This document shows positions 20,301-30,137 of a DNA stretch of 64,000 nt, one piece after another. The translations under genes and the position numbers were made by a program. The stretch covers positions 96,001-160,000 of the forward strand of contig CAVTUQ010000002.1 of the NCBI GenBank assembly GCA_963737905.1, in the 5' to 3' direction. The notes under the pieces are model-generated. The model saw only the letters and a program-made list of their open reading frames with translations. It had not been told where the DNA came from and searched no databases. Numbering within the stretch: position 1 is the first letter of the stretch; each line of letters begins with the position of its first letter. The stretch comes from an uncultured delta proteobacterium. Lineage in GTDB: Bacteria; Desulfobacterota; Binatia; UBA9968.

Positions 20301-23300
20301 TTACAATCGCGCCGATCAAATCATTCTCTTTTAGCAAGGGAACGGCTAAGACACTCCGCATCCCCTGGTCACGATAAGGCCCGGTGCGATAAGCGGTCAG
20401 TTCTGGATCGGCAAGAACATCCGGTACATGGACCAACCGCCGTTCCAATGCGACCCGGCGTACCGCGCTCTCTCGCCCTGGACGAAAAGGCGTACCCAGC
20501 GCATACGCCTCCATCGCAGGTGCCACATTGTATAATGCAACGCCTCGAAGGGTCTCGCCATCAAATCTAAACATCGCACCATTTTGCGCCTCGCAGAGGC
20601 GGACTGCATTGTCGAGGATCGTCTGAAAGACGGGCTGCAAATCAGTTGGCGAACTGGCGATCACGCCAAGAATTTCGCTTGTCGCCGTTTGCTGTTCCAA
20701 CGCTCTCGGTACTGGTTCCTTCAGCTCTTGGAACAATCGCACGTTTTCGATGGCGATGACGGCTTGGTCGGCGAAAGTTTCGAGCAGTTTGATCTGCACC
20801 GGGGTAAAGGGGCGCACTTCAGTGCGACGCGTAAACAGCGATCCGATAAGTTCCCCTTGCTGGCGAAGGGGGACGGACAAGAAGGTGCGCCAGCCGCTGC
20901 GGGAATCAACCGTCGGGAAGTGGAAGTCTTTCCGTTCGCGGGCGTCAGGAATATGGAGTGTGCCGTGCTCGCGTAACCAGCCGTACAATGGTGCATCCAC
21001 ATCGGTCTCGACGCGGAGAACGGGTATTGGGCCAAAATGAGCCCGCGCAACCATTGCGTTCCCCTCGCGGAGTCGCAGCACCACGTCATCAATCCCACAA
21101 ACCCGGGCAGCGCTTTCAACAATCGCATCGAGCACCGGCTGGACATCGGTGGGTGACCGGCTGATGATGCCGAGCACTTCGGATGTGGCTGTTTGATGCT
21201 CCAGGGCCTCTCGCAATTCAGCGTTGCGCGCTTCGAGTTCCTTGAAGCAGCCGCACATTCTCGATAGCGATCACGGCTTGGTCGGCGAAGGTTGTGACAA
21301 GCTCGATCTGTCTCTCGGTAAATGGCCTGACTAGCATCGGACCAGATCGAGATCGGCCGATGCGATTCGCCTCGCGAAGCAGCGGAACGACTAGCAGGGT
21401 GCGCGCTCCGAACGTGCTGGAGTCGGCCTTAGACTCCGGAATCTCAGTTCGATGTCCGCAATATAGATCGGCTTGCGCTCCAGGAACGCCTGACCCGACG
21501 ACGTATCACGCCCGGGCCGCACTGACGCTTCGACTGCATAGCTGATCACGCCTTTGGACGCCGACGTCTGAAATAGGCAACAACTTGGAGAAACTCCCCA
21601 TCGAACTGGCGAATATGAGCCTTGCTTCGCGCCGGCAGAGCCTCACCGCATTTTCTACGAACCGTATCGAGCACCGGTTGAAGTATCAGTCGGCGAACTC
21701 GCAATGACTCTTAAGCACTTCGCTCGTCGCTGTCTGCTGCTCTAGAGCTTCCGTAAGATCGCGGTTGCGGACTTGCAATTCTTGGAAAAGCCGCACGTTT
21801 TCGATCGCGATCACGGCCTGATCGGCGAACGTCGTAACTAGCTCAATTTGCTTCTCTGTGAAAGGCTCGAACTACAGTCCTTCGAATCAAGATTACGCCA
21901 ATGAGGGTGCCCTCTCTGAGCATCGGGACTCCGAGAGTCGTCCGAGTGCCTCCCAGAGTGTGAGCTTCCGCAAGTTGATACTCAGGATCCGCGACGATGT
22001 CGTGAATATGAATGACACGGTGTTCAAGGGCGACCCGCGCCACGGTGGTTCCTCGCCCCGGTCGAATCGGGTTTTGCTCGAGGAAATCCTTGAATTCAGG
22101 CGGAACATTGTAAGCGACAGCCCGCCGCAGCACTTCCCCATCGACTCGCAAAATAAACCCGGAATTCGCACCGCACAATCTTGTTGCATTCTCGATGAGT
22201 GTTTCCAGCACCGGCTGCAAGGTCGAAAGTTGAGCGGCTGATGACTTTCAAGCACTTCGCTGGTCGCGGTCTGCTGCTCTAGCGCTTCGCTCAGGTCACG
22301 ATTTCGTGATTGGAGTTCCTGAAACAACCGGACGTTCTCAATGGCGATGACGGCTTGATCGGCAAAGGTTTCAAGCAGCTTTATCTGCTTGTCTGAGAAG
22401 GGGCGAACCTCTATCCGACGGATCATGATCGTTCCGATCGGCACACTCTCACGCAGTAAAGGCGTGGCAAGCACGGTCCGAAGGCCGATCGTCTTAGCGA
22501 GCGACGCATTTGGGAACTCGTCCTCTGGTTCCGCTGCAAAGTCATGTATGTGAATGGTTTGTCTGTCAATGATGGCTCGACCGGATATCGAGCCACGGTC
22601 AATTGAGGCGGGACCCCCACCCAGCGACCCCGGCAGCGATCCATAATTAGCCACCCTCTTCAAGGAATCACCATCGATGCGACTAATCAAAGCGTCGTCA
22701 GCCTCACACAACCGCGCAGCACTTTCTGCGACCGCATTTAACACCGGCTGGATATCCGTCGGCGAGCTGGCAATGACGCCCAAGATTTCGCTCGTCGCCG
22801 TTTGCTGTTCCAACGCCTCCTTGAGCTCTTGAAACAGGCGGACGTTCTCGATGGCAATCACCGCTTGATCGGCGAAGGTTTCGAGTAATTTGATCTGCGC
22901 CGGGGTGAAGGGGCGCACCTCGATGCGACGCGCGCCTAGTCCTCCAATGAGTTCCCCCTGCTGACGAAGGGGCACTACTAATAAGGTGCGGTAGTTGCTG
23001 AAGGGTGCCAACATTGGGAAATCATTCTGCGCGCGGACATCGGGAATGTGGAGCGAGCCATGCTCGCGCATCCAGTGATACCGTGGTTCATCAATACTCA
23101 TCTCGATTTGGGCAACGGGTATGGGACCAAAATGAGCCCGCGCAATCATAGTGTTCCGCTCGTGGAGTCGCAGCACCACGTCATCGATCCCACAAACCCG
23201 GGCGGCGCTCTCGACGATGGCGTTAAGCACCGGCTGCACGTCCGTCGGCGAGCGGCTGATGATGCCGAGCACCTCGGCAGTCGCCGTCTGATGCTCCAGG

Positions 23301-25533
23301 GCCTCGCGCAATTCTGCGTTGCGCTCCTGGAGTTCTTTGAACAACCGCACGTTTTCTATGGCGATCACGGCCTGGTCAGCGAAGGTTTCAAGGAGTTTGA
23401 TCTGTTTGTCTGTGAACGGCCGCACCTCGTTCCGACGGATGGTAATTGCCCCGATAGGAGTACCTTCACGCATAAGGGGAACCGCCAGCCCGGTCCGAAT
23501 ACCCAGACTCTTTAAGCTATGCCAGACATCCGCATAGTCCGCTTCGCGCTCTGCCAACATGTCATGGACGTGGACCGGCTGCTGGTTGAGTATGGCGCGG
23601 CCGCTCAACGAACCACGCCGAATTGGCCGTGTCTCGCCGACGGCGAGCACCGGTGAGACGACCCCGTAGTTCGCCACTTTCCGCGCCATGTCACCTTCGA
23701 CGCGCCAGATTTGAGCATCGACGGAGCCACAACTCGAGCAGCGTTTTCAGCAACAGCAGCCAACACCGGCTGAATATCCGTCGGAGAGCTGGCGATGACA
23801 CGAAGTATCTCACTCGTCGCGGTCTGCTGTTCGAGCGCCTCGGTAAGATCGCGGTTGCGAACCTGTAGTTCGTTCAGCAGTCGGGTATTCTCCATCGCGA
23901 TCACGGCCTGATCGGCAAAGGTAGTTACCAAATCGATCTGCTTGTCGGTAAAGGGCCGTGCTTCCGTTCGACTGAGCGTGATGACGCCGAGCAGGTCATG
24001 TCCCCTAAGCAGTGGCACACCCAGCGCTGCCCGGTATGGTTGCACTTGCCACGCCTGATAGGTGTACTCCGGATCCGACAAAATATCCGGTATGTGAATG
24101 GTCTGTCGTTCAAGCGCAGCTCTCGCAGTGACGCTGTAACGTCCGGGCGTGAGCGGGTTGCGCTCGACAAATTCTCGCAGTTCCGCAGAAACGTTGTAGG
24201 TGACCGCTAGCCGCAATACTCCGTCTTCGAGCCGCAGAATGAACGCCTGCTCCGCCGCGCACAGTCTCGCCGCGTTCTCAACCAGTGTTTCAAGGACCGG
24301 CTGCAGGTCAAAGGCCGATTGACTGATGACTTTGAGCACTTCACTGGTCGCCGTCTGTTGCTCCAACGCTTCGGTGAGATCGCGGTTGCGAACTTGTAGT
24401 TCGTTGAACAAGCGCACGTTTTCGATGGCAATGACCGCCTGATCAGCAAAGGTCTGAAGTAGAGCGACTTGCTTGTCAGAAAAGGGACGAACCTCTAATC
24501 GGCGAATAATAATCGCCCCGAGGGGAATTCCCTCGCGCAGTAACGGGGTGGCAAGCACGGTACGATAACCAAAGCGGCGTGCCAAAGCGATGCCGACTGG
24601 GAATTCATCTTCCGACTCTGCCGCGAGATCATGAATGTGGATCGTTTGCCTGTCGATGACGGAACGAGCAAGTACCGAGCCACGCTGGAGCGGCATTTTA
24701 TCAGCCTCGGTAAGGCCAGGGATATGTCCGTACTGAGCGACCAAGGGAAGGACATCGCCGTCAATGCGCCGGATAAGAGCGTCGCTTGCACCGCATAATC
24801 GAGCTGCATTTTCCGCCACAGTATCCAGCACCTGCTGAATGTCAGTCGGTGAACTAGCAATAACACCGAGAATTTCGCTCGTCGCCGTTTGTTGTTCCAA
24901 TGATTCAGTGAGCTCCTGAAACAGCCGAACATTCTCAATGGCGATGACAGCCTGGTCGGCGAAGGTCTTCAGAAGTCGAATTTGGCCGTCTGTGAACGGC
25001 TTAACCTCGAGGCGCCGGAGCCCTATCAACCCGATCGCTTGCCCCTTCCAGAGGAGAGGCGTGTACACAAGGGTGCGGAGCCCGATTGGCTGTACCCGGG
25101 CGCGGGTTGGCGCAAACATCGGATCTTCTTCAGCCAGAATGTCGTGGATATGCACGGTCTCACCGGACGTAAGAACATGCCGGTTCAGTGGTTCATCGGC
25201 GATCGGGAGCGCGACAATCGTAATCGGGATTGGACCGACATGGGCCATCAGTCGGAGCATGTTACCGTCGACCAGGCGCACTGAGGCATCCTCCGCGCTA
25301 CATAGACGCGCGGTGCTCTCGACGATCGCGTCGAGAACCGATTGAAGTCTGTCGGCGAGCTCGCGATCATCCGCAGGATGTCGCTAGCCGCAGCGAGTTG
25401 TTCCAGCGCTTCGTCGCGCTCGCGCTTTAACTCCTCAGTTGCCTGTGGATACTTGAGACTGAGACTTTTTCGGCAGGGCACGGGGTTGCTTTGTCGTTGA
25501 TTTTTTCGAGCCTCTTTTGGTGGTCGTTGCCAT
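17348..25533 (-). CDS. Giant cytoplasmic sensor histidine kinase HK2: ~14 tandem GAF domains + HisKA + HATPase (multiple frameshifts in this sequence)
   Basis: Fourteen GAF-terminal motifs at ~500-550 bp spacing; ATG 25533 gives MATTTKRG (HK1 starts MATTTKKG); [11 protein letters not shown]-box and G-boxes; ~2700 codons if joined. Confidence 0.85.
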
Positions 25534-26155
25534 TTTCTGCTTTGATTTCAAAGAGGATTCACCGAGGAGACACCGAGTTTACAGAGAGTTTATTCAACGC
25601 CATTATCGTTTGATTTTCTTGGCAACTTCCGCGCGCGGCAGTTAGCCAGCACGGAAGCCCCAATTCCAAAGATGTCGCTGAGGCTATTCCATGTGTGGCA
25701 CGAGCGTCAAGAGCGATCACACCCAAGGTTTAACAATATCGCCGAAGCGAATGAAAGTTACTAAACCCGGTCGAATTTACCATCCTGTAGGATTTAGACT
25801 GAAAGTCCGTGCCTTCAAAGACGAGGAGAGCCAATTAAAAACGGTCGTTATTCTAATGAAGGAACTCGGACCGTTGGAGGCTAGCCGAGCCTTAGCTTTG
25901 CCAAGAAGAAACGGATCGAATCGGTGAAACACCATTGGCGATGGCAATCTCAATTGCAGCAAGGCCAGTTCTTTGACCGAGTGTTTGCGGCAAAGTTTGA
26001 AAGATCTGTGAGAAAGTATGATTATCGGCGGTTCGAGAGAGAATGCAAATCTAAAGACGCCTAGGTTAGCGGCTTCAACACCAATCTAGCGTTAACCAAT
26101 TCGACTTTAGGATCAGATCTATTTTTCAACGGAACTCTGCCGCGTTTAACCGACC

Positions 26156-26395
26156 TCACACGGCTTCTTTAAATTGAACTACATCCACACTGATGCGGGA
26201 GGATGGTTTTACTCGACCAATGACGAGCTTCTCCATCGCTTTATAAATAGTGGCTTGAAAATATTTCTCTCCACATTGTTGGCAAACGCGTGCGGGAACG
26301 TCTTTAAGAACCTTGAGCTTTTTGCCCCAGCGAAAATCGACCTCGGTCTTGGCTTCGACCACTTTACCCTTGCAGAAGTAACATTCCGTAATCAT
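26156..26395 (-). CDS. YgiT-type zinc finger protein (MqsA-like antitoxin)
   Basis: CYFC...DVPARVCQQCGEKYF; directly downstream of the DUF4258 gene. Confidence 0.85.
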   Translation of the reverse strand: MITECYFCKGKVVEAKTEVDFRWGKKLKVLKDVPARVCQQCGEKYFQATIYKAMEKLVIGRVKPSSRISVDVVQFKEAV

Positions 26396-26399
26396 GAAA

Positions 26400-26711
26400 T
26401 CACCTGGCCTTCCTTGTTTGCCAATCGTCCTGCCACTCTTCCGGATCAGGCTCATATGCAGTTACAACCAGAATCTCTTCCGCTTCCAATCGGGCAACAA
26501 GAATATGTAAAGGCCTGTTGCCGATACGGCCAAGGATTAAACAACTGGCCCCCCTGGGATCGTTAGGATAGTCTTCGATGATATTACCCGATTTTACCGC
26601 CCGCTCAATGTCCGCGGCTTTTATCCTTCTCAATCGTAATTTTTCAGTGTGAGTAAAAGAAATCGAGTACCTTCCCTCACCAAACTTCTGCCTGATATCT
26701 TCTATATCCAC
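26400..26711 (-). CDS. DUF4258 family protein (putative RelE-like toxin)
   Basis: IIEDYPNDPRGASCLILG, RPLHI, VVTAYEPDPEEW. Confidence 0.85.
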   Translation of the reverse strand: MDIEDIRQKFGEGRYSISFTHTEKLRLRRIKAADIERAVKSGNIIEDYPNDPRGASCLILGRIGNRPLHILVARLEAEEILVVTAYEPDPEEWQDDWQTRKAR

Positions 26712-26786
26712 ATCTGGCCCTCATCTTGGCCATGCCGCAGCACGACGCTTGCCCGGTATCCGAACGAGTCGTGACTAAAGTCAGTA

Positions 26787-26832
26787 CCACAGGAGACACC
26801 GAGCCTTCAGAATCTACTCCGTGTCTTCTGCG
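26787..26832. repeat. Short palindromic element (caggagacacc/gtgtcttctg type)
   Basis: Imperfect inverted repeat; a related half element ggagacaccgag lies at ~25560-25587. Confidence 0.5.
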
Positions 26833-26989
26833 CCGGGTGGTTAGGGTGGAATACGACTGAGCTGTCTTTTACGCCATGGGACTCGCTATCGTCAAGGCGA
26901 TATGATTCACCGATCTAACAAAACAAAGGCCGACGAAGCCTGAAAATAATTTCACGACATCGCCAAAGAGCGCCAGGGGAATCACTTGT

Positions 26990-27026
26990 TTGACAACGGG
27001 CGCGGAAGTGGACTAACCTTAGTCCA
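26990..27026 (+). promoter_or_regulatory. vapBC promoter with palindromic operator
   Basis: TTGACA (26990)-18 bp-TAACCT; perfect palindrome TGGACTAA-cc-TTAGTCCA at 27009-27026 covers the -10. Confidence 0.75.
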
Positions 27027-27029
27027 GTC

Positions 27030-27269
27030 ATGTCTACGGTCAATATTCATCAGGCAAAAACGCAATTCTCTCGGCTTGTCGATCTGGCAGCCGGCGGTGA
27101 AGAAATTATCATCGCAAAAGCGGGCAAGCCGGTTGCCCGCTTGATACCCTACGCGCCGAAAGGCACGGTGCGCCGGCCTGGGACCATGCGCGGCAAGATT
27201 CGCATCAAAAAGAGCTTCGACGCGCCTCTTCCGAAGGAATTGCTAGACTCCTTCGATGGGAAGTCGTGA
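27030..27269 (+). CDS. Phd/YefM family antitoxin
   Basis: VNIHQAKTQFSRLVD...GEEIIIAKAGKPVARL. Confidence 0.93.
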   Translation: MSTVNIHQAKTQFSRLVDLAAGGEEIIIAKAGKPVARLIPYAPKGTVRRPGTMRGKIRIKKSFDAPLPKELLDSFDGKS

Positions 27270-27272
27270 TCA

Positions 27273-27668
27273 GTGCGGCTGCTCCTTGATACTCACGTTC
27301 TTCTTTGGTGGTTGGCGGATGACCGAAAACTACCGAAACCCGCGCGGGAAATCATTGCTAAACCCGACAACGACGTGCTGGTGAGTTCGGCGTCCGTCTG
27401 GGAAGTCGCCATTAAAGTTGCGTTGGGCCGAATTGAGGTCGAGCTGGACGACCTGGAAGATGCGATTGCACGCAACGGCTTCCGCTCTCTACCGGTCGGG
27501 TTCCGGCATGCCATAAGGGCCGGCCGTCTACCGGCCATACACCGCGACCCGTTTGATCGGATGCTCGTCGCCCAAGCCAGCGTCGAAGAGCTACGGTTGG
27601 TTTCTCATGATCGAGTTTTTGAGCGATACGGTCTCGGTGGTGAAGGTTTGCCGCCGATCATTGTGTGA
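27273..27668 (+). CDS. vapC: VapC family PIN-domain toxin
   Basis: LLLDTHVLLW, SVWEVAIK, HRDPFDRMLVAQA. Confidence 0.93.
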   Translation: MRLLLDTHVLLWWLADDRKLPKPAREIIAKPDNDVLVSSASVWEVAIKVALGRIEVELDDLEDAIARNGFRSLPVGFRHAIRAGRLPAIHRDPFDRMLVAQASVEELRLVSHDRVFERYGLGGEGLPPIIV

Positions 27669-27697
27669 AGGCCTGCAAATTCCCAATTCTGAAAACT

Positions 27698-27726
27698 GTA
27701 GGGGCGGGGTTTGAGACCCGCCCCTA
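27698..27726. repeat. GTAG-type REP hairpin (possible terminator between convergent genes)
   Basis: gtaggggcggggtttgagacccgccccta. Confidence 0.65.
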
Positions 27727-27762
27727 AAACCACCTAAAAAAATTCTGGCCGACTCGTAAAAA

Positions 27763-28875
27763 CTAATGATGCGCAGCCTGCTCGTCCAACGACAGATTCA
27801 CGTAATGGTGCGACTTCGATACCGGACCGATCCCTTTGACGATCGTCTGCCAGTGTTCGCCTTCATCATCGCTGTAGAAGACATCTCCGTCCGTGGTGCC
27901 GGCAAAAATCGCGTAGCCGCCGTTCCACACATCCATCGCCATGCCTTCGATATTGGCGCGGATATGGTCGGGCAGACCGCCGCTCAAGAGGTCCCATGAT
28001 TTGCCGCCATCACGGCTGCGCGCGATGCGCGCGTCTGCTGTGTGGAGGTTCCTCCAGGTCCCCGGGCCGGTCTTGGCTCCGGCCACGAACAGTAAATTAG
28101 CATCCTTGGGATGGACGAAGAACGGGTCGACATAGCCGATTCTAAAATCCCGCGGCGTCATGCTCTTCCAACTCGCGCCGCCATCCGTGCTCACGCAAAA
28201 ACCGGCCGGAACTTCCGGCCCGCAATTAGTCGTCGGCGCGGTGCCGTACAGTTTTCCGGGATCATTGGTAGGAACCAGCACCCGGTGCGCATCGGGGTTA
28301 ATGCTGTCGATCGTCGTCCAAGTTTTGCCGCCATCCGTGCTTCTCAGAAAACCGCCGACCTCGACGGCGACGTGAATGATGTTCGGGTCATTCGGGTGAA
28401 AGGTTATGCTTTTCGCATGCGCCTGATGGGGCGGGCCGGGGAAGGTCCACTTCTCGACGCCGGGCACTTGACGCAGGCCTGGAAGCTCCGTCCAGCTCTT
28501 GCCAAGGTCGTCACTGTAAAACAAGTGCGCCGGTTGCGTCCCGGCATAAACTCTCGGCTTACCGCCGACCAATTGGCTGGCGAGAGAATAGATTTCCTTG
28601 TCGACGATGCCTTGATCTCTTTCATCCCAGCTTTTACCCGAGTCGCCGCTGGCGAAGATTTTGCCGTTATAACTGCCGGCAAAGAGCATCCGGCTCGTCG
28701 GCTCGAAGATGATCGCGCTGATATGCTGGTCGGGTAGCATGGTTTCCTGCCGTTTCCACCCACCGTTGTTTTTCACGAAGGAAAAGATGCCGTTCACCGT
28801 ACCGACGAGCAGCTTGTCCTTTGCCGCCTCGCCAACCGTGACCGACTGACCTCCGGGCGATAAACATACAAACAT
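27763..28875 (-). CDS. BNR/Asp-box repeat beta-propeller protein
   Basis: Repeated SxDxGxxW motifs; no signal peptide. Confidence 0.85.
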   Translation of the reverse strand: MFVCLSPGGQSVTVGEAAKDKLLVGTVNGIFSFVKNNGGWKRQETMLPDQHISAIIFEPTSRMLFAGSYNGKIFASGDSGKSWDERDQGIVDKEIYSLASQLVGGKPRVYAGTQPAHLFYSDDLGKSWTELPGLRQVPGVEKWTFPGPPHQAHAKSITFHPNDPNIIHVAVEVGGFLRSTDGGKTWTTIDSINPDAHRVLVPTNDPGKLYGTAPTTNCGPEVPAGFCVSTDGGASWKSMTPRDFRIGYVDPFFVHPKDANLLFVAGAKTGPGTWRNLHTADARIARSRDGGKSWDLLSGGLPDHIRANIEGMAMDVWNGGYAIFAGTTDGDVFYSDDEGEHWQTIVKGIGPVSKSHHYVNLSLDEQAAHH

Positions 28876-28989
28876 AATTCTGCCTCCTTTCTTCAGTTAC
28901 ATCCTGACGACAATCCGAAATAGGCTGGAGAACCCCAACTGAAGCTACTCTACTTAAGGTTGAGCTGTCTCGTCAAGGCATCAAAAGAT

Positions 28990-29144
28990 GATGCTTCTGA
29001 AAAACCCTAGGAATGCTTCGACTAGGCTCAGCATGAACGGAAAATCACCAACGATTCTAACCGCCGATCCGTTCGTCACTTCGATGAACTCAGTGCAGGC
29101 TCTGAGGATCTCGAAGGATGAACGGAGAGTTTTTCAACAGAATC
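28990..29144. mobile_element. MITE-like palindromic element with imperfect terminal inverted repeats
   Basis: Ends gatgcttctgaaaaac / gtttttcaacagaatc; internal cttcga-N-ctcag and gaacgg/ccgttc hairpins; non-coding. Confidence 0.5.
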
Positions 29145-29237
29145 AAAAAGTCTTGTCCTCTGGAAGGATCTCAAACCCGACCCGACGAGACATGCACCAT
29201 GGAACCTTTTCCGGGCTCGATCGTCTAATCCGCCCAG

Positions 29238-30137
29238 ATGAAGACAAAACCAAACCCGAACTGGTCTTCGACCCTTGTCCGAAGCGACCCACGCTACTAC
29301 CAGATTGCGGCACTATCTTCCCTGCTGATCTACGGCGTCGGCTGGCTCGGGTTCGATGTTGAATGGCCGCAGGTCGTCATCTCGCTAGGAACGGTCCTGT
29401 TAACTCAATACGCCTGCACCGGGATATTTCGCCTGCCTTCTTTCGATCCCCGCAGCCCGCTAATTTCGGGCCTTTCGCTTTGTCTATTGCTTCGCACCAA
29501 CAGTCTGCTGCTAGCGTTCCTGACGGCCGTAGTCACGATCCTTAGCAAATTTGTTCTGAAGCACCGCCGAAAGCATATTTTCAATCCAACCAACTTTGGA
29601 ATCGTTGCCATGATGCTTCTAACCAGCCAGGTCTGGGTTTCGCCGGCACAATGGGGAAGCAAGCTATACTTCGCGTTTTTCATCGCCTGCGCGGGCGGGA
29701 TGGTCATCTACCGTGCGGCGCGAAGCGATGTGACCTACGCTTTCCTGCTAGCCTACGTCGGTATCTTGTTTGGCCGCGCGTTCTGGCTCGGCGATCCGTG
29801 GGCAATACCTCTCAAACAGTTGCAGAGCGGCTCTCTTTTGCTTTTCGCCTTCTACATGATCTCCGACCCCAAAACCACGCCCGATTCACGGATAGGGAGA
29901 ATTCTGTTCGCGATAATCGTCGCGGCCGGCGCCGCCTATGTCCAATTCGGGCTGTACCGCACCAATGGGCTCCTTTGGTCCTTGGCCGGCTGTGCAATCC
30001 TCGCTCCGATCATCGACCGTCTGCTGCCTGGAAGTAAGTACGAATGGACCATTCACTCTTCAGCCAAACAGTTGAAAGGAGAAATCCGTGAAACAAACCA
30101 TCTTATTCCTGGCCACACTGCTTATCCTTTGCGCTAG
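29238..30137 (+). CDS. RnfD/NqrB-like integral membrane protein, short stand-alone form
   Basis: DPRYYQI, SKF...HIFNPTNFG, FYMISDPKTTP; multiple TM helices. Confidence 0.75.
   Translation: MKTKPNPNWSSTLVRSDPRYYQIAALSSLLIYGVGWLGFDVEWPQVVISLGTVLLTQYACTGIFRLPSFDPRSPLISGLSLCLLLRTNSLLLAFLTAVVTILSKFVLKHRRKHIFNPTNFGIVAMMLLTSQVWVSPAQWGSKLYFAFFIACAGGMVIYRAARSDVTYAFLLAYVGILFGRAFWLGDPWAIPLKQLQSGSLLLFAFYMISDPKTTPDSRIGRILFAIIVAAGAAYVQFGLYRTNGLLWSLAGCAILAPIIDRLLPGSKYEWTIHSSAKQLKGEIRETNHLIPGHTAYPLR

Noticed and set aside
20703-20716. Four-residue insertion (PVPR) in an HK2 linker as a recombination scar
   Set aside because: A single instance in error-prone sequence; cannot be separated from a consensus artefact
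11307-22771. Diversity-generating retroelement template/variable repeat pair
   Set aside because: Only 4 mismatches, all transitions and one of them C/T; both copies are internal coding sequence; no reverse transcriptase in the window
6807-25533. CRISPR-like array from regularly recurring ~50-bp motifs
   Set aside because: The period is ~500-550 bp and the motifs are degenerate coding linkers of GAF domains; no cas genes
6807-25533. Phytochrome or cyanobacteriochrome photosensors
   Set aside because: No PAS/PHY domains or DIP/CH bilin-binding motifs recognised in the GAF units
25560-26150. c-di-GMP or other riboswitch upstream of HK2
   Set aside because: Only scattered partial motifs and one hairpin; no full consensus recognisable without a covariance-model search
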